This document shows, in pieces, positions 1 through 12,076 of a stretch of 64,000 nucleotides of DNA. The stretch's first letter is position 1, and every line of letters begins with the position of its first letter. Under the pieces are notes generated by a model that searched no databases, was not told where the DNA came from, and worked only from the letters and a program-made list of their open reading frames with translations. This DNA is from an uncultured Acidobacteriota bacterium (GTDB taxonomy: Bacteria; Acidobacteriota; Thermoanaerobaculia; Gp7-AA8), in the NCBI GenBank assembly GCA_963741955.1, contig CAVUKB010000005.1, positions 704,001 through 768,000 of the forward strand, written 5' to 3'. The position numbers and the translations under genes are program-made.

Positions 1-17
1 CTGGAGTTCTGACAGAA

Positions 18-60
18 CACCGCTGTGTCAGCCGGCGTTCATCCTCCGGCTGACACGGTG
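18..60. terminator. GC-rich stem-loop downstream of the minus-strand HEAT operon (possible terminator or REP-like hairpin)
   Basis: gtgtcagccgg (25-35) pairs with ccggctgacac (46-56), extended by cacc/ggtg; no clear U-tract. Confidence 0.35.
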
Positions 61-112
61 GCTCATCTGCAGCGACGGGCGGGATCTCGCCGCCGGCTCA
101 CGTTCAAGAGGC

Positions 113-1153
113 CTACCGCTCCAGCACTTCTTCGATGAATGCGAGCGCACGCGGATCATTCGACTGTCCCAGCCAGAACATCGCACGCTTGCGCACCGCC
201 GGGTTGCGATTGTTCCGTGCGACCTCGATCAACCGCGGCACTCCTTCCTCCGGAGGAAGCTGACCGAGGGCGAAGACGGCCTGCTTCTTCACGCCGGTAT
301 CCGGATCGTTCTCGATCGCGTCGCTGATCGCTCCGGCGACCTTCTTTCCCGCTTTCTGCGCGAGCCAGAAATACGCCTTCGACCGCACGTGGGGTGAGGC
401 GTCGTTCTTCGCCACGTCGAGGAGTCGCTCGACCGCGCCCGGAGTGTCGCTGAGTGCGAAGCCGACCACGATCTCTCCCCTCTCCGCAGCACTCGCGTCT
501 CCGCGGATTCTGTCGGTCAGAATCTGCAGGCCCTTCTCCCCCCGGTTCCTCCCCAGCCAGAATGCGACGCTCTTTCTCGCGCCACTGTCTAGAGGAAGAA
601 GAGACGCGAGGACCTCGTCTGCGACCGGCGTGCGATGGATGGAGATCGCCATCACCGCCCGTTTCGCGAGCTCGGTCTTTTCCGCGTCACCCGCGAGACG
701 CTCGAGGGTGCGCGCACTCACTCCCGGATCGACCGATTCGAGCCAGTGGACTTCTTCTCCACCTCCGTCGACCGGGCAGTCGGACGAGAAGACTCGCAGG
801 TCGTCCACGCCGTCCGACCCGAGGTGAAACAGGAGATCGACGGTACCGCTCGCGCTGCCGGCCGCATGCTCCTCGTGCCAGACGTCCATTCCCCCCTCCC
901 GGCGGAGAGAACAGCCGTCGCACCCCTGCTCACCCGACGTGGTCGTCCGGTCACAGCAGCAGATCCGTCCCGCAGCCGCAACGGCAGGCACTTCGTATCC
1001 GACCCAGTGCGGAGTCGCGCTCCTCGCGCCCAGCTCGTTCCCGAGATCGTTTTCAGGGTGGTGCGTGATGCGTGCGTTGGTGAGTTGTGCCCGGAGAGGA
1101 AGGGTCATCAGGAGAGCGAGCACGGCGAGGGAGCACAGACGGACGAATCGCAT
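113..1153 (-). CDS. Secreted HEAT-repeat domain protein
   Basis: N-terminal signal peptide, Cys-rich segment (ICCC...GCDGC), C-terminal HEAT repeats (VRSKAYFWLAQ, VKKQAVFALGQ, VRKRAMFWLGQ). Confidence 0.8.
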   Translation of the reverse strand: MRFVRLCSLAVLALLMTLPLRAQLTNARITHHPENDLGNELGARSATPHWVGYEVPAVAAAGRICCCDRTTTSGEQGCDGCSLRREGGMDVWHEEHAAGSASGTVDLLFHLGSDGVDDLRVFSSDCPVDGGGEEVHWLESVDPGVSARTLERLAGDAEKTELAKRAVMAISIHRTPVADEVLASLLPLDSGARKSVAFWLGRNRGEKGLQILTDRIRGDASAAERGEIVVGFALSDTPGAVERLLDVAKNDASPHVRSKAYFWLAQKAGKKVAGAISDAIENDPDTGVKKQAVFALGQLPPEEGVPRLIEVARNNRNPAVRKRAMFWLGQSNDPRALAFIEEVLER

Positions 1154-1219
1154 GACGTGATCTCCTTTCGGTCGACGTAAAGGTGTTCGAGGCTGGAAGG
1201 GTCCGGCGACGCGAGAGAA

Positions 1220-1251
1220 GGCTGCCGCCGGTGTATGAGCCGGCGGCAGCC
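1220..1251. other. Intergenic perfect stem-loop between the two HEAT genes
   Basis: ggctgccgccgg-N8-ccggcggcagcc, 12-bp stem. Confidence 0.5.
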
Positions 1252-1259
1252 GTGCGGGG

Positions 1260-2546
1260 TCAGTCGTTCAGAACGCTCATCAGATAATCGACGGCATCCT
1301 GGGACCGCATGAGGGAAAGCTTCTGCACCGCCACTTTTCTGAGCTCGGGATTCTTCTCCGATCTCGCGATCTCGATCAGCGCTTTCGAGTTCTGCTGTAG
1401 AAAGAGGGCTTTGATCACCGCTTTCCTGACCGCCGCATTCGAATCACTCCGATAGATGCTCAGCAGCGCGCCGGCGGTCCGGTTGCCCATCAGACCGAGG
1501 TACTTGATCGCCTCGAGCCGCACCTCCCGGTTCGTCTCGCGCGTCGCGAGCTCCTCCATCCGTTTCGCGTCGCCACTGATGAACATCGCCTCGACGACAC
1601 TCGCCTTCACCGCGGCGGACGTTTCCGACGCGTACAGCTGCTCGAGCTCCGGAGTCGCCTTCATCACGCCGAGGAGTTTCACCGCTTCACGACGGAGCTC
1701 GGGCGACTTCTCCTGCTTCGCGGCCTGGAGGAGACGCGCCTTGTCGCCCGCGATCATGAAGCCCTTGAGGATCTCCTCCCGAACGTCCGGATCGTTCGCC
1801 GAGTCGTAGATCTTCGCGAGATCGGCGCGGCTTTCCGCTCCTCCGAAGAGCCCGAGGTATTTGATTGCAGCCCGTTGCAGCTCGGGATTCGCATCACCCG
1901 TGGCGGCCTTCACGACGATCTGCCGCGCTTCGGGAGAGTGGCTCTGGCTGAGGACGAAGAGCGCCCGCTCTTTGATCCGCGGCGACGTGGAGCCGTTCAG
2001 GACCTTTTTCAACATGGGGATTGCACGATCCGGGTCGCTGGCCATGAGGCTGTTGATCGCGTAAAGCTTGAGCTCTTCGTTGCCGTCGACCTGATCCGGC
2101 GAGACACTCTGTCCCGACGACTGCCGAACCTCGACTTCCAGCGCTTTCGCGTCATTCATCCAGCGGCTCTTCGGGAAGCTCTTCTGGAGCGCCGTGAGTG
2201 TGGCGAGCGCGTCCCCTCGATTTCCCGAGCGGTCGTATGCGTATGCGAGCCAGTAGAGCGCGGCATCCGTCTTCGCAGTCTTCAGCGTCGCGAGCTGACG
2301 GAAGGCCTCGATCGCCTGCGTCCACTCCCGGTCGTTGATCGCGTCCATTCCGTCGTCGTACAGATCGCCGGCACGTTCGCGCGCTTCCTGCGCCCGGTCG
2401 TCTGCTTCGCGCGCCGCCGCGGCGCGGTCTCCGGTCACCGTGACCACTGTCCCCGGAGCCGCTTCACCTCTGGCCTGCAGCGCGAGTCCCGCGACAAGCA
2501 TCATTGCGAACATCATCGTTTTCGTTTTCATCTCGTCGTCCTTCAC
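1260..2546 (-). CDS. Secreted TPR + HEAT-repeat protein
   Basis: Signal peptide, TPR-like DAALYWLAYAY...FPKSRW, repeated HEAT units (IKERALFVLSQ, LRREAVKLLG). Confidence 0.8.
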   Translation of the reverse strand: MKDDEMKTKTMMFAMMLVAGLALQARGEAAPGTVVTVTGDRAAAAREADDRAQEARERAGDLYDDGMDAINDREWTQAIEAFRQLATLKTAKTDAALYWLAYAYDRSGNRGDALATLTALQKSFPKSRWMNDAKALEVEVRQSSGQSVSPDQVDGNEELKLYAINSLMASDPDRAIPMLKKVLNGSTSPRIKERALFVLSQSHSPEARQIVVKAATGDANPELQRAAIKYLGLFGGAESRADLAKIYDSANDPDVREEILKGFMIAGDKARLLQAAKQEKSPELRREAVKLLGVMKATPELEQLYASETSAAVKASVVEAMFISGDAKRMEELATRETNREVRLEAIKYLGLMGNRTAGALLSIYRSDSNAAVRKAVIKALFLQQNSKALIEIARSEKNPELRKVAVQKLSLMRSQDAVDYLMSVLND

Positions 2547-3301
2547 AGCGATTTCTGATTGGTGTGGACTGCCGCTTTCTCACGCTCCCGCATCTCTTTT
2601 CCGACCACGCGGAGCTTGAAGAGGATCCCCTTCTCTTCCATCCGGCGACGCAGCGACGTCAGCTGCGCCGGATCGGGATTGGCCGGCCCGTGAGCAATCT
2701 CGAGGAGGATCGGCTCGAGTTGGTCGAGGACGTCGGCGACCGTCGCATCTCCGGACGATGCGGCGGCCTGTCGATAGATCCTGTTTGCGGCGATGAGATC
2801 GCGAGCCTGCGTCTGTGCCGCCTGCACGCTCTCGCCGCTGTTTCCGTTCACCATCTCCATCAGGGTGATCTCCGAATGATCGATGTGATCGGCGACCACC
2901 GCGACGAAGACCCGTTCCCGCGCCTGAGGCGACACCGGAGCCGGGACGGCGTTCGCGGTTGGCGAACCATTGCGCACCTCGCCGTTTCGCGTCATCACCA
3001 GCACGCCCAGTGAGACCGCGAGGGCGAAGACCGCGGCCACCGCGAGCCATCTCCATCCCGAACCGCCGGGTCGCTCGTCCCGGCGAAGTCTCCATCGGAG
3101 TCTTTCCCAGAGCCGCTCTTCAAAATCGGGAGCCGGCTCGGGAACGGGCGCGCCGAGATCGCGGAAGAAGCTCTCCAGGTTCGTCAGTGCACTCCCGCAC
3201 TCCCGGCACTCGAACAGATGCGTCTCGGCGTCGCTTCGCTCGCGTGCGGTCGATTCGCCGTAGTGGTGCAGCACGAGCTGTTCTTCGGTGAGATGGTTCA
3301 T
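2543..3301 (-). CDS. Zinc-finger (zf-HC2) transmembrane anti-sigma factor
   Basis: HLxxCxxC motif (HLFECREC), one TM helix, overlaps the stop of the ECF sigma gene. Confidence 0.85.
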   Translation of the reverse strand: MNHLTEEQLVLHHYGESTARERSDAETHLFECRECGSALTNLESFFRDLGAPVPEPAPDFEERLWERLRWRLRRDERPGGSGWRWLAVAAVFALAVSLGVLVMTRNGEVRNGSPTANAVPAPVSPQARERVFVAVVADHIDHSEITLMEMVNGNSGESVQAAQTQARDLIAANRIYRQAAASSGDATVADVLDQLEPILLEIAHGPANPDPAQLTSLRRRMEEKGILFKLRVVGKEMREREKAAVHTNQKSL

Positions 3302-3852
3302 GGTCTGGCCCCGATCATCGGTTCGAGAGCGCTGCGCATCTTGCGCACCGCCCGAAAGATGGTGTGCTTGGTCGCGCTGGTGCGTGTACCCAGAGCGTTC
3401 GAGATCTCGTCGATCGACATCCCTTCGAAATGCCGGAGCACGAATGCAGTGCGCTCGGTGGCCGAAAGAAGATCCATCGCGGAACGGAGGTGCATCTGGA
3501 TCTCGGTGCCGTGCAGGTCGTTTTCCTGAGCCGGAGCGGCCGCGAGATGGTGCGACTCGTCCGGCTCGACGGCCACTCCTTCGCGCCGGCGAACGCGGAT
3601 CAGATCGAGCGCGCAGTTCGCGGCGATCCGGTAGATCCAGCTGCCGAAGCTCGCCTCGTCACGGAACTGATCGAGGTTCCGGTACGCCCGGAGGAACGTC
3701 TCCTGGACGATGTCCTCCGCGTCGGACCCGTTCCCGGTCATGCGAAATGCGAGTCGGAAAACCGTGCGCGCGTAGCGGTCGACCAGCAGCCGGTACCGGT
3801 CGGCGTCGCCCTCGCGGATTCTTCTGATGATTTCCTGGTCGCTCCCGTCCAT
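3298..3852 (-). CDS. ECF RNA polymerase sigma factor (sigma70 group 4)
   Basis: DAEDIVQETFLRAY, SWIYRIAAN, region 4 FVLRHFEGMSIDEIS. Confidence 0.95.
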   Translation of the reverse strand: MDGSDQEIIRRIREGDADRYRLLVDRYARTVFRLAFRMTGNGSDAEDIVQETFLRAYRNLDQFRDEASFGSWIYRIAANCALDLIRVRRREGVAVEPDESHHLAAAPAQENDLHGTEIQMHLRSAMDLLSATERTAFVLRHFEGMSIDEISNALGTRTSATKHTIFRAVRKMRSALEPMIGARP

Positions 3853-3864
3853 TCTGATCTCTTA

Positions 3865-3889
3865 TACGCTCCCGGTCGCCGTCGGTTGG
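3865..3889 (-). promoter_or_regulatory. Putative autoregulatory ECF promoter
   Basis: Minus strand CCAAC-N16-CGTA, 12 nt before the sigma ATG; fits the general ECF AAC...CGT pattern. Confidence 0.5.
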
Positions 3890-3962
3890 CAAACGGATCG
3901 AACGTGCTCGATCCGCGTCCGGTTGGTGCGTCATGGCCCGGTTCGGTATAGTGAATCGATCC

Positions 3963-4400
3963 ATGCGGCTCGAGAGCATTCTGTCGAAGGACGAGATCGT
4001 GCGGGTCGAAGCGAAGATCGGCGCTGCCGAGAGTCTCACCACCGCGCAGATCCGCGTCGCCCTCACCGGTTCGAGCTGGATGGGAATCCGGAACAAGGCA
4101 CGCAAGGTCTTCCGGAAGCACCGTCTCGACCGGAGCCGTGATCGAAACACCGTTCTCCTCCTGGTCGACGTACGCAATCGTGAGCTCCTGATCTACGGCG
4201 ATCGAGCGATCGACGAGAAGGTGGAAGCCGGTTTCTGGAATGACGTACGCGACGCAATGCTCGACGAGCTTCGCGAGAAACGGATCGCCGAAGCCCTCAC
4301 CACCGGAATCCACCAGATCGGAACGGCCCTCCAGGATCTCTTTCCCCCCTCGGGAGAAAACGACGACGAGATCTCGAATGCACTCATCTTCGAACCGTAG
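3963..4400 (+). CDS. TPM domain protein (short form)
   Basis: IGAAESLTTAQIRV, DRNTVLLLVD, IYGDRAIDEKV, NDDEISN are typical of TPM/DUF477 proteins. Confidence 0.85.
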   Translation: MRLESILSKDEIVRVEAKIGAAESLTTAQIRVALTGSSWMGIRNKARKVFRKHRLDRSRDRNTVLLLVDVRNRELLIYGDRAIDEKVEAGFWNDVRDAMLDELREKRIAEALTTGIHQIGTALQDLFPPSGENDDEISNALIFEP

Positions 4401-5187
4401 TCTTCTCCGAATCGCGCTCGGCACCGCGATCTCGATGCTTCTCTTCGCTCACCTTTCGGCAGCGAAGACGGAGAAGAGCTACGCCCCGTGGCCGGAGCCT
4501 GGACCGGGTTACGTCACCGACCACGCGGACGTTCTCTCCGACGCGCAGGAGGAGAAGATCGAGCAGTGGCTGATCCGGGTCGAGAAGGAGAGCGGGGTCG
4601 AGATCATCGTGGTGACCATTCCTTCGATGAACGCGTATCCCGGCACGAACGACGCGTCGATCGAAGCGTTCGCGAGAGGATTGTTCAACCGGTGGGGAAT
4701 CGGCAACTTCCCGACCAACGACGGAATCCTCCTCGTCGTCTCGACCGGCGACCGGAACGCACGCATCGAGCTCGGTGCAGGATACGGCCACGCGCGCGAC
4801 GCCGAAGCCGACCGGATCATGGAGCGGGTCATCGTTCCGCGTTTCCGCAAAGGGGATTACGCCGGCGGCATCACCGACGGTGTGCGCGCGATCGTGAACA
4901 CATTCACTCCCGTGCACATCGGCTTCCGGTGGAAAGTCGTGGTGATTCCGCTGGCGATCGTCGCGCTCGCGCTGATCGGGTTCAGTCTCTTGAGGAGCGG
5001 AAAACGCGGATGGGGCTGGGTGTTCATCGGGCTTGCGCTCGCACTCCTCCTCTTCCTCCTCTACGTTCTGGTGATGGTCATGCGCGCGCGGTCGAGATAC
5101 GGGCGGTCGAGCGGCTGGTCGTCCGGTGGCTTCGGCGGATTCGGCGGCGGCTTCTCCGGAGGCGGCGGCGCGACGGGGAGCTGGTGA
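4378..5187 (+). CDS. TPM domain membrane protein (YgcG-like); start uncertain
   Basis: YVTDHADVLS, WGIG...NDGILLVV, ARIELGAG, C-terminal GGFGGFGGGFSGGGGATGSW. Confidence 0.9.
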   Translation: MHSSSNRSLLRIALGTAISMLLFAHLSAAKTEKSYAPWPEPGPGYVTDHADVLSDAQEEKIEQWLIRVEKESGVEIIVVTIPSMNAYPGTNDASIEAFARGLFNRWGIGNFPTNDGILLVVSTGDRNARIELGAGYGHARDAEADRIMERVIVPRFRKGDYAGGITDGVRAIVNTFTPVHIGFRWKVVVIPLAIVALALIGFSLLRSGKRGWGWVFIGLALALLLFLLYVLVMVMRARSRYGRSSGWSSGGFGGFGGGFSGGGGATGSW

Positions 5188-5189
5188 CG

Positions 5190-5738
5190 ATGCTCTGTCC
5201 ACGATGCAAAGTCGCCCTGGAGCGGAAGAAGGTCGCGTCGAGCACGACCGAGGTCGACCGCTGTCCTCAGTGCGCAGGAGTCTGGTTCGACCGGGGGGAG
5301 ATCGCGGAGGTGATCGGCGCGCGCGCAGTCGTTCCGCTGCCGTTCCCGGAGACCGCGCCGGCGGTGGAGGCACTCTGTCCGCGCTGCAGCACGCCCCTGG
5401 TGGTGTTCACGTATCCCGGAACGATGACCGTGATCGACGCGTGCAGACACTGCCGCGGCGTCTGGCTCGACGACGGTGAGCTCCAGCAGATCCACGCCGC
5501 GCGCGGCCGGGCGTCGATGACCTGTCCGAAGTGCGGGACGGTGCAGCCGCGCGCCGAGAGCTGTGCGACGTGCGGCGTGGTGGTCGAAAAAGCCGTCGGC
5601 ACGGATCTGCATCGGACGACCGGTCAGCGCGTTCCCGCTGCTGCCGTTCCGGAAGCCCCGGCGGGTCTCCGCGAGAGACTCCTCGCATTCATCGACGACT
5701 CCCTCTCTTCATTGTGGAGCGGCATCATCGGCCGCTGA
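5190..5738 (+). CDS. Multi zinc-ribbon (zf-TFIIB-like) protein
   Basis: MLCPRCK...DRCPQCAGVWFDRGE, CPRC...DACRHCRGVWLDDGE, CPKC...CATCG. Confidence 0.8.
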   Translation: MLCPRCKVALERKKVASSTTEVDRCPQCAGVWFDRGEIAEVIGARAVVPLPFPETAPAVEALCPRCSTPLVVFTYPGTMTVIDACRHCRGVWLDDGELQQIHAARGRASMTCPKCGTVQPRAESCATCGVVVEKAVGTDLHRTTGQRVPAAAVPEAPAGLRERLLAFIDDSLSSLWSGIIGR

Positions 5739-5808
5739 GGCGTCGCCCGGCCGCTGGGACCCGCTGGCAGCTCTTCCTCCATCTTCGCCCGCGCACTCGA
5801 GAAAAATC

Positions 5809-5870
5809 TTGACACGGAAACGGGCGGGCCTTACTGTGTCGCTACAGTAGCACAGCAGAACAGCAGCACA
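5809..5870 (+). promoter_or_regulatory. Sigma70 promoter with overlapping YtrA-type GntR operator
   Basis: TTGACA (5809-5814)-N17-TACTGT (5832-5837); palindrome gctac-a-gtagc flanked by tgt/aca and a repeated cagcacag half-site. Confidence 0.6.
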
Positions 5871-5895
5871 GCGACAAGCCGAATCAGGAGCCGAA

Positions 5896-6291
5896 ATGCT
5901 CGACATCAACCCCTCAGACGCCGTCCCGATCTGGAAACAGATCGAACAGGAGGTGCGGCGACTCGTGGCTCTCGGCCACCTTCCCGCGGGAACCGCAGTT
6001 CCCAGCGTGCGCGAGCTCTCGCGCGACCTGCGGGTCAACCCGGCCACGGTGACCAAGGCTTACCAGCACCTCTGCGACGAGGGTCTCCTCACCGTCCGGC
6101 GGGGAGAGGGAACGTTCGTGAATGGAGAGCTCCCGGGGCTCGACCGCACCCGCAGAAAAGAAGAGCTTCGCGCGGCCGCGACGCGGTACGCCAGCCTCGC
6201 GGCGACGATCGGCGCGACGGCGGACGAAGCGAAACGGATCATCGAAAGCGAGATCGAACGGGTCATGAAACACGACGGAAGGAAATCGTGA
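5896..6291 (+). CDS. GntR family regulator, YtrA subfamily
   Basis: PIWKQI...PSVRELSRDLRVNPATVTKAY...RRGEGTFV, short C-terminus, upstream of an ABC ATPase. Confidence 0.9.
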   Translation: MLDINPSDAVPIWKQIEQEVRRLVALGHLPAGTAVPSVRELSRDLRVNPATVTKAYQHLCDEGLLTVRRGEGTFVNGELPGLDRTRRKEELRAAATRYASLAATIGATADEAKRIIESEIERVMKHDGRKS

Positions 6292-7265
6292 TGGACGACG
6301 CTGCAAAGATGGAGAGCCAAGCGGTGATCGAGCTTCGGGATCTTCACGTCCGCTACGGGAGAACGGTCGCGGTGGACCACGTCTCTCTCCGCGCGGATCG
6401 GGGTACGGTCTACGCACTCCTCGGCCGGAACGGCGCGGGAAAGAGCAGCATCGTCCGCTCCCTTCTCGGATTTCAGAAGCCCGATGCCGGAGAGGCACGC
6501 CTCTGGGGTGAGGATGTCTGGCACCGCAGGAGCCGGCTCATGGATCGCATCGGCGTGGTGCCGGAAGATCCTGACGCGCCTCCGGAGATGACGGCGCTGC
6601 AGATTCTCGATTTCTGTTCCGCGCTCCATTCGAAGTGGGACCAGAAGACGACACTCGCCCGCCTCGAGCGATTGAAGGTCCCTCTGAAGACTCCGTTCGG
6701 GAGACTCTCGAAAGGGCAGAAACGGCAGGTCCTTCTCGCCACCGCGCTCGCGCATGAGCCGGAGCTTCTCATCCTCGACGATCCGACACTCGGACTCGAT
6801 GTGGTGGCGAGAAAAGAGCTCTTCGAGGAGCTGATCTCCGAGCTCGCCGACCGGGGGACGACCGTCTTCGTCACCACTCACGATCTTGCCGGAATCGAAG
6901 CGATCGCCGACCGGGTCGGGATCCTTCTCGACGGACGCCTCCTGGTGGACGAGGAGATCGAGAGTCTCAAGGCGCGCTTCCGCCGAATTCGTCTCCCCGC
7001 CGGGTCATTCGACTCCGCCGGGCTCGCGCCTCTGCACATGGTCGCGCAGAGACGGTGGGGAGCCGGTGTCGAAGCGGTCGTCGACAACTGGGACGAACGC
7101 GCACCGGATCAGATCCGCGCGAGCACCGGAGCGTCCGAGATCGACGTCTCCCCTCTCTCGCTCGAAGAGATTTTCATAGCCGTCTATCGCGAACCACTTT
7201 TTGCACCGTCGCCGATGACGCACGTAACCGAGTTGGACGAGCGTGCCGAAGCATCCGGACTCTAG
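6288..7265 (+). CDS. ABC transporter ATP-binding protein
   Basis: Walker A GRNGAGKS, signature LSKGQ, Walker B LLILDDPT. Confidence 0.95.
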   Translation: MMDDAAKMESQAVIELRDLHVRYGRTVAVDHVSLRADRGTVYALLGRNGAGKSSIVRSLLGFQKPDAGEARLWGEDVWHRRSRLMDRIGVVPEDPDAPPEMTALQILDFCSALHSKWDQKTTLARLERLKVPLKTPFGRLSKGQKRQVLLATALAHEPELLILDDPTLGLDVVARKELFEELISELADRGTTVFVTTHDLAGIEAIADRVGILLDGRLLVDEEIESLKARFRRIRLPAGSFDSAGLAPLHMVAQRRWGAGVEAVVDNWDERAPDQIRASTGASEIDVSPLSLEEIFIAVYREPLFAPSPMTHVTELDERAEASGL

Positions 7266-7283
7266 GTCCGAGGAGGATTCCAC

Positions 7284-9215
7284 ATGCGCGAGATTCTGGT
7301 CATCGCCCGGCGTGAGATCGTAGATCGGAAGCTGCTTTTCCTCGGCGCGTCGCTCTGCGCTCTGATGGTCGTACTCACGCCGCTGCTCCCTGGGACGCAC
7401 GGGTACAGGCCGCTGGACGTCATGACCGTCGCCGGCCTCGCGGTCAGCGCCCTCTTCGCCGCCGGAACCGCGGTGGTCCTCGGTGCCGGGGCGATCGCGC
7501 GTGATCTCTCGGAGCGGCGGATGAGCTTCTACTTCGCGCGTCCGGCGTCGGCGTTCTCGATATTCGCAGGAAAAGCGCTCGCGACGCTCGTCATCACATT
7601 CGCGGTCGGTCTGATCATCCCGATCATCCCGACGATCTTCGGCAGGGGTCTGCTGGATATGGTCGGAAGCACGGCACATTACTCGACGCTCCTGTCGGAT
7701 GCAATCCACGGATCAGCTGTCCTTCCGATGCTGATCTTCGCGTCTTCGCTCTTCGGCTGCGCTGCGGATCTGATCGTCCTCGTGGCACTCGCGCAGTACA
7801 CGGGACTCGCGTTCCGCTCGCGCTCGGCCGTCGTGCTTCTCGACCTTGCGGTCGTCGTGACGTTCGCCACCGCGGTCTGGCTGAGTGCCCGGCCGCTTCT
7901 GCTCAATCGTGCGTATGGTGCGACCGCCTGGCTCGTCGTGGCCACGATCGTCGCCCTGGTGGTAGTGCTTTTCACCGGCGTCCTGGAAGGGCTCCGCCGC
8001 GGACGGACCGATCTGCGAAGGAACCATCTCGCGGCCTCAGTGACGATCGCGATTCTCCTCGCGATATGGGCGGGTGTCTCATTCGCCTGGGTGAGCTGGA
8101 TCAAAACGGTCGTCCCATCGGACCTGGTCTGGAGCTCGGTTCTCCCTAACGTCTCGGGGGGGCCGTGGATCGGTGTCGAGGGTTACAGCAGCGGCCGATT
8201 CGACTATCACCCTGAGTTTCTCGTCGACGTCGATTCCGGCAGAGCGCTACGGCTGAGCGCTGCGGGCCGGATCTCCATCTCGGCAGATGGTTCAACCGCG
8301 GCCTACTGGAGGGCCGAATCCCCCGGTAGTCACGCCCTCCGGCTCGAAATGATCGACCTTTCCAGCGGAGAGCGCTCGGCGACGACGATCACCGTCCCGG
8401 AGAATGACCTCAATGCGCAGATTATCCGCTCCGACGGGAAGGCCGTCGCCTGGATTGAGGCGGCGAAGACTCTTCAGGTCTTCGACCCGTCTCGAGAGAA
8501 GACGGTGGCGGTGATCCGTCTGGACGATCCAGGGCCGAGTCGATTCTTCCTGTCGTTTCTGAATCCGTCGACAGTCCGCGTCTACCAGGGTGATCGCGAC
8601 GACCACTGGAACGTCTTCGACGCCGACCTCGTGCATCGCACCCTCGCACTCCAGGACTCGTTCACCGGACGCCCGAGGCAGATCGCGAAGGACGGACGCG
8701 TCCTCCTTCTGGCGGAGCCCGACCTTGGTTCGGCTCGGTGGGAGATCCGAGAGCGCAACGGCTCAATCCTCGCGAGTTGGCCTCGACGGGACGGATCTCT
8801 CGTTCGTCTTCTTTCCGGGGGGTCATGGCTTCACTTCGAGAAAAGCGGCAAAGGGTGGGACATCGATGTGGTATCGGGTGACGGCACCGGCAATCGGCTG
8901 CCATCCCTCCCCGCATCGGATTGGATCGCGGTCGGGATTGAGATCAGTCCGGGCGTCATCCCCATCGCGACCACGAACGGATCCGGATGGGGAAGCAGGA
9001 GCGACGCCACCAGTACGCTGTACGAAGTGAACACGGTGACGGGTGAGCGGCGGAGGCTCGCCGCGAACCTGATTCCCGCGCGGCCGTGGTTTCTCCCTTC
9101 CGAGGTCCCGCAGCCGGGAAGCTCAGCGAGCCGGATCTTCATGGACCGGAATCTGAGGCTCCTCGCGCTCGACCCCGCGAGCGGCAAGTTCAGGCGACTC
9201 ACCGGACATGAGTGA
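7284..9215 (+). CDS. ABC-2-type permease fused to a C-terminal beta-propeller-like domain
   Basis: About 7 TM segments with an ARDLSERRMSFYFARP loop, then a soluble domain with SADG/RSDG/AKDG beta-turn repeats. Confidence 0.65.
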   Translation: MREILVIARREIVDRKLLFLGASLCALMVVLTPLLPGTHGYRPLDVMTVAGLAVSALFAAGTAVVLGAGAIARDLSERRMSFYFARPASAFSIFAGKALATLVITFAVGLIIPIIPTIFGRGLLDMVGSTAHYSTLLSDAIHGSAVLPMLIFASSLFGCAADLIVLVALAQYTGLAFRSRSAVVLLDLAVVVTFATAVWLSARPLLLNRAYGATAWLVVATIVALVVVLFTGVLEGLRRGRTDLRRNHLAASVTIAILLAIWAGVSFAWVSWIKTVVPSDLVWSSVLPNVSGGPWIGVEGYSSGRFDYHPEFLVDVDSGRALRLSAAGRISISADGSTAAYWRAESPGSHALRLEMIDLSSGERSATTITVPENDLNAQIIRSDGKAVAWIEAAKTLQVFDPSREKTVAVIRLDDPGPSRFFLSFLNPSTVRVYQGDRDDHWNVFDADLVHRTLALQDSFTGRPRQIAKDGRVLLLAEPDLGSARWEIRERNGSILASWPRRDGSLVRLLSGGSWLHFEKSGKGWDIDVVSGDGTGNRLPSLPASDWIAVGIEISPGVIPIATTNGSGWGSRSDATSTLYEVNTVTGERRRLAANLIPARPWFLPSEVPQPGSSASRIFMDRNLRLLALDPASGKFRRLTGHE

Positions 9216-9216
9216 G

Positions 9217-9343
9217 GAGGCGAGCGGCGAGAATGCTCTTCGAAGAGCCTCAGGCTCAGGTGTCGGACGGTGTCGGACCTGTCGGACCTGTCGGACCTGT
9301 CGGACCTGTCGGCTCGCCTCTCGCCTCTCGCCTCTCGCCGCTC
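9217..9343. repeat. Short-unit intergenic repeats (9-mer tgtcggacc x ~5-6; heptamer ctctcgc x ~4)
   Basis: Directly visible; gagcggcgaga (~9222-9232) is inverted to tctcgccgctc (~9333-9343). Confidence 0.8.
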
Positions 9344-9347
9344 CCCC

Positions 9348-9377
9348 TTGACATCCCTCCCCCTCCTCCCCCATACT
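9348..9377 (+). promoter_or_regulatory. Sigma70 promoter of the met leader
   Basis: TTGACA (9348-9353)-N18-CATACT (9372-9377). Confidence 0.65.
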
Positions 9378-9388
9378 CCCCCGCCAAC

Positions 9389-9460
9389 ATGAAACCGACG
9401 TTCGCCAGCTTCTCGATGTGTCCCATGTGTATGCGAGCCTGCTCCAGCGAGCGGGTGTAG
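9389..9460 (+). CDS. Met/Cys-rich leader peptide (23 aa, MKPTFASFSMCPMCMRACSSERV)
   Basis: ATG 11 nt after the -10 box; clustered Met10/13/15 and Cys11/14/18 codons; upstream of Met biosynthesis genes and alternative hairpins. Confidence 0.7.
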   Translation: MKPTFASFSMCPMCMRACSSERV

Positions 9461-9506
9461 CCGGACACGTCCCGACTCACCCGCCGCGCCAAGCCGGATG
9501 CGGTGA

Positions 9507-12072
<2,566 letters not shown>

Positions 12073-12076
<4 letters not shown>

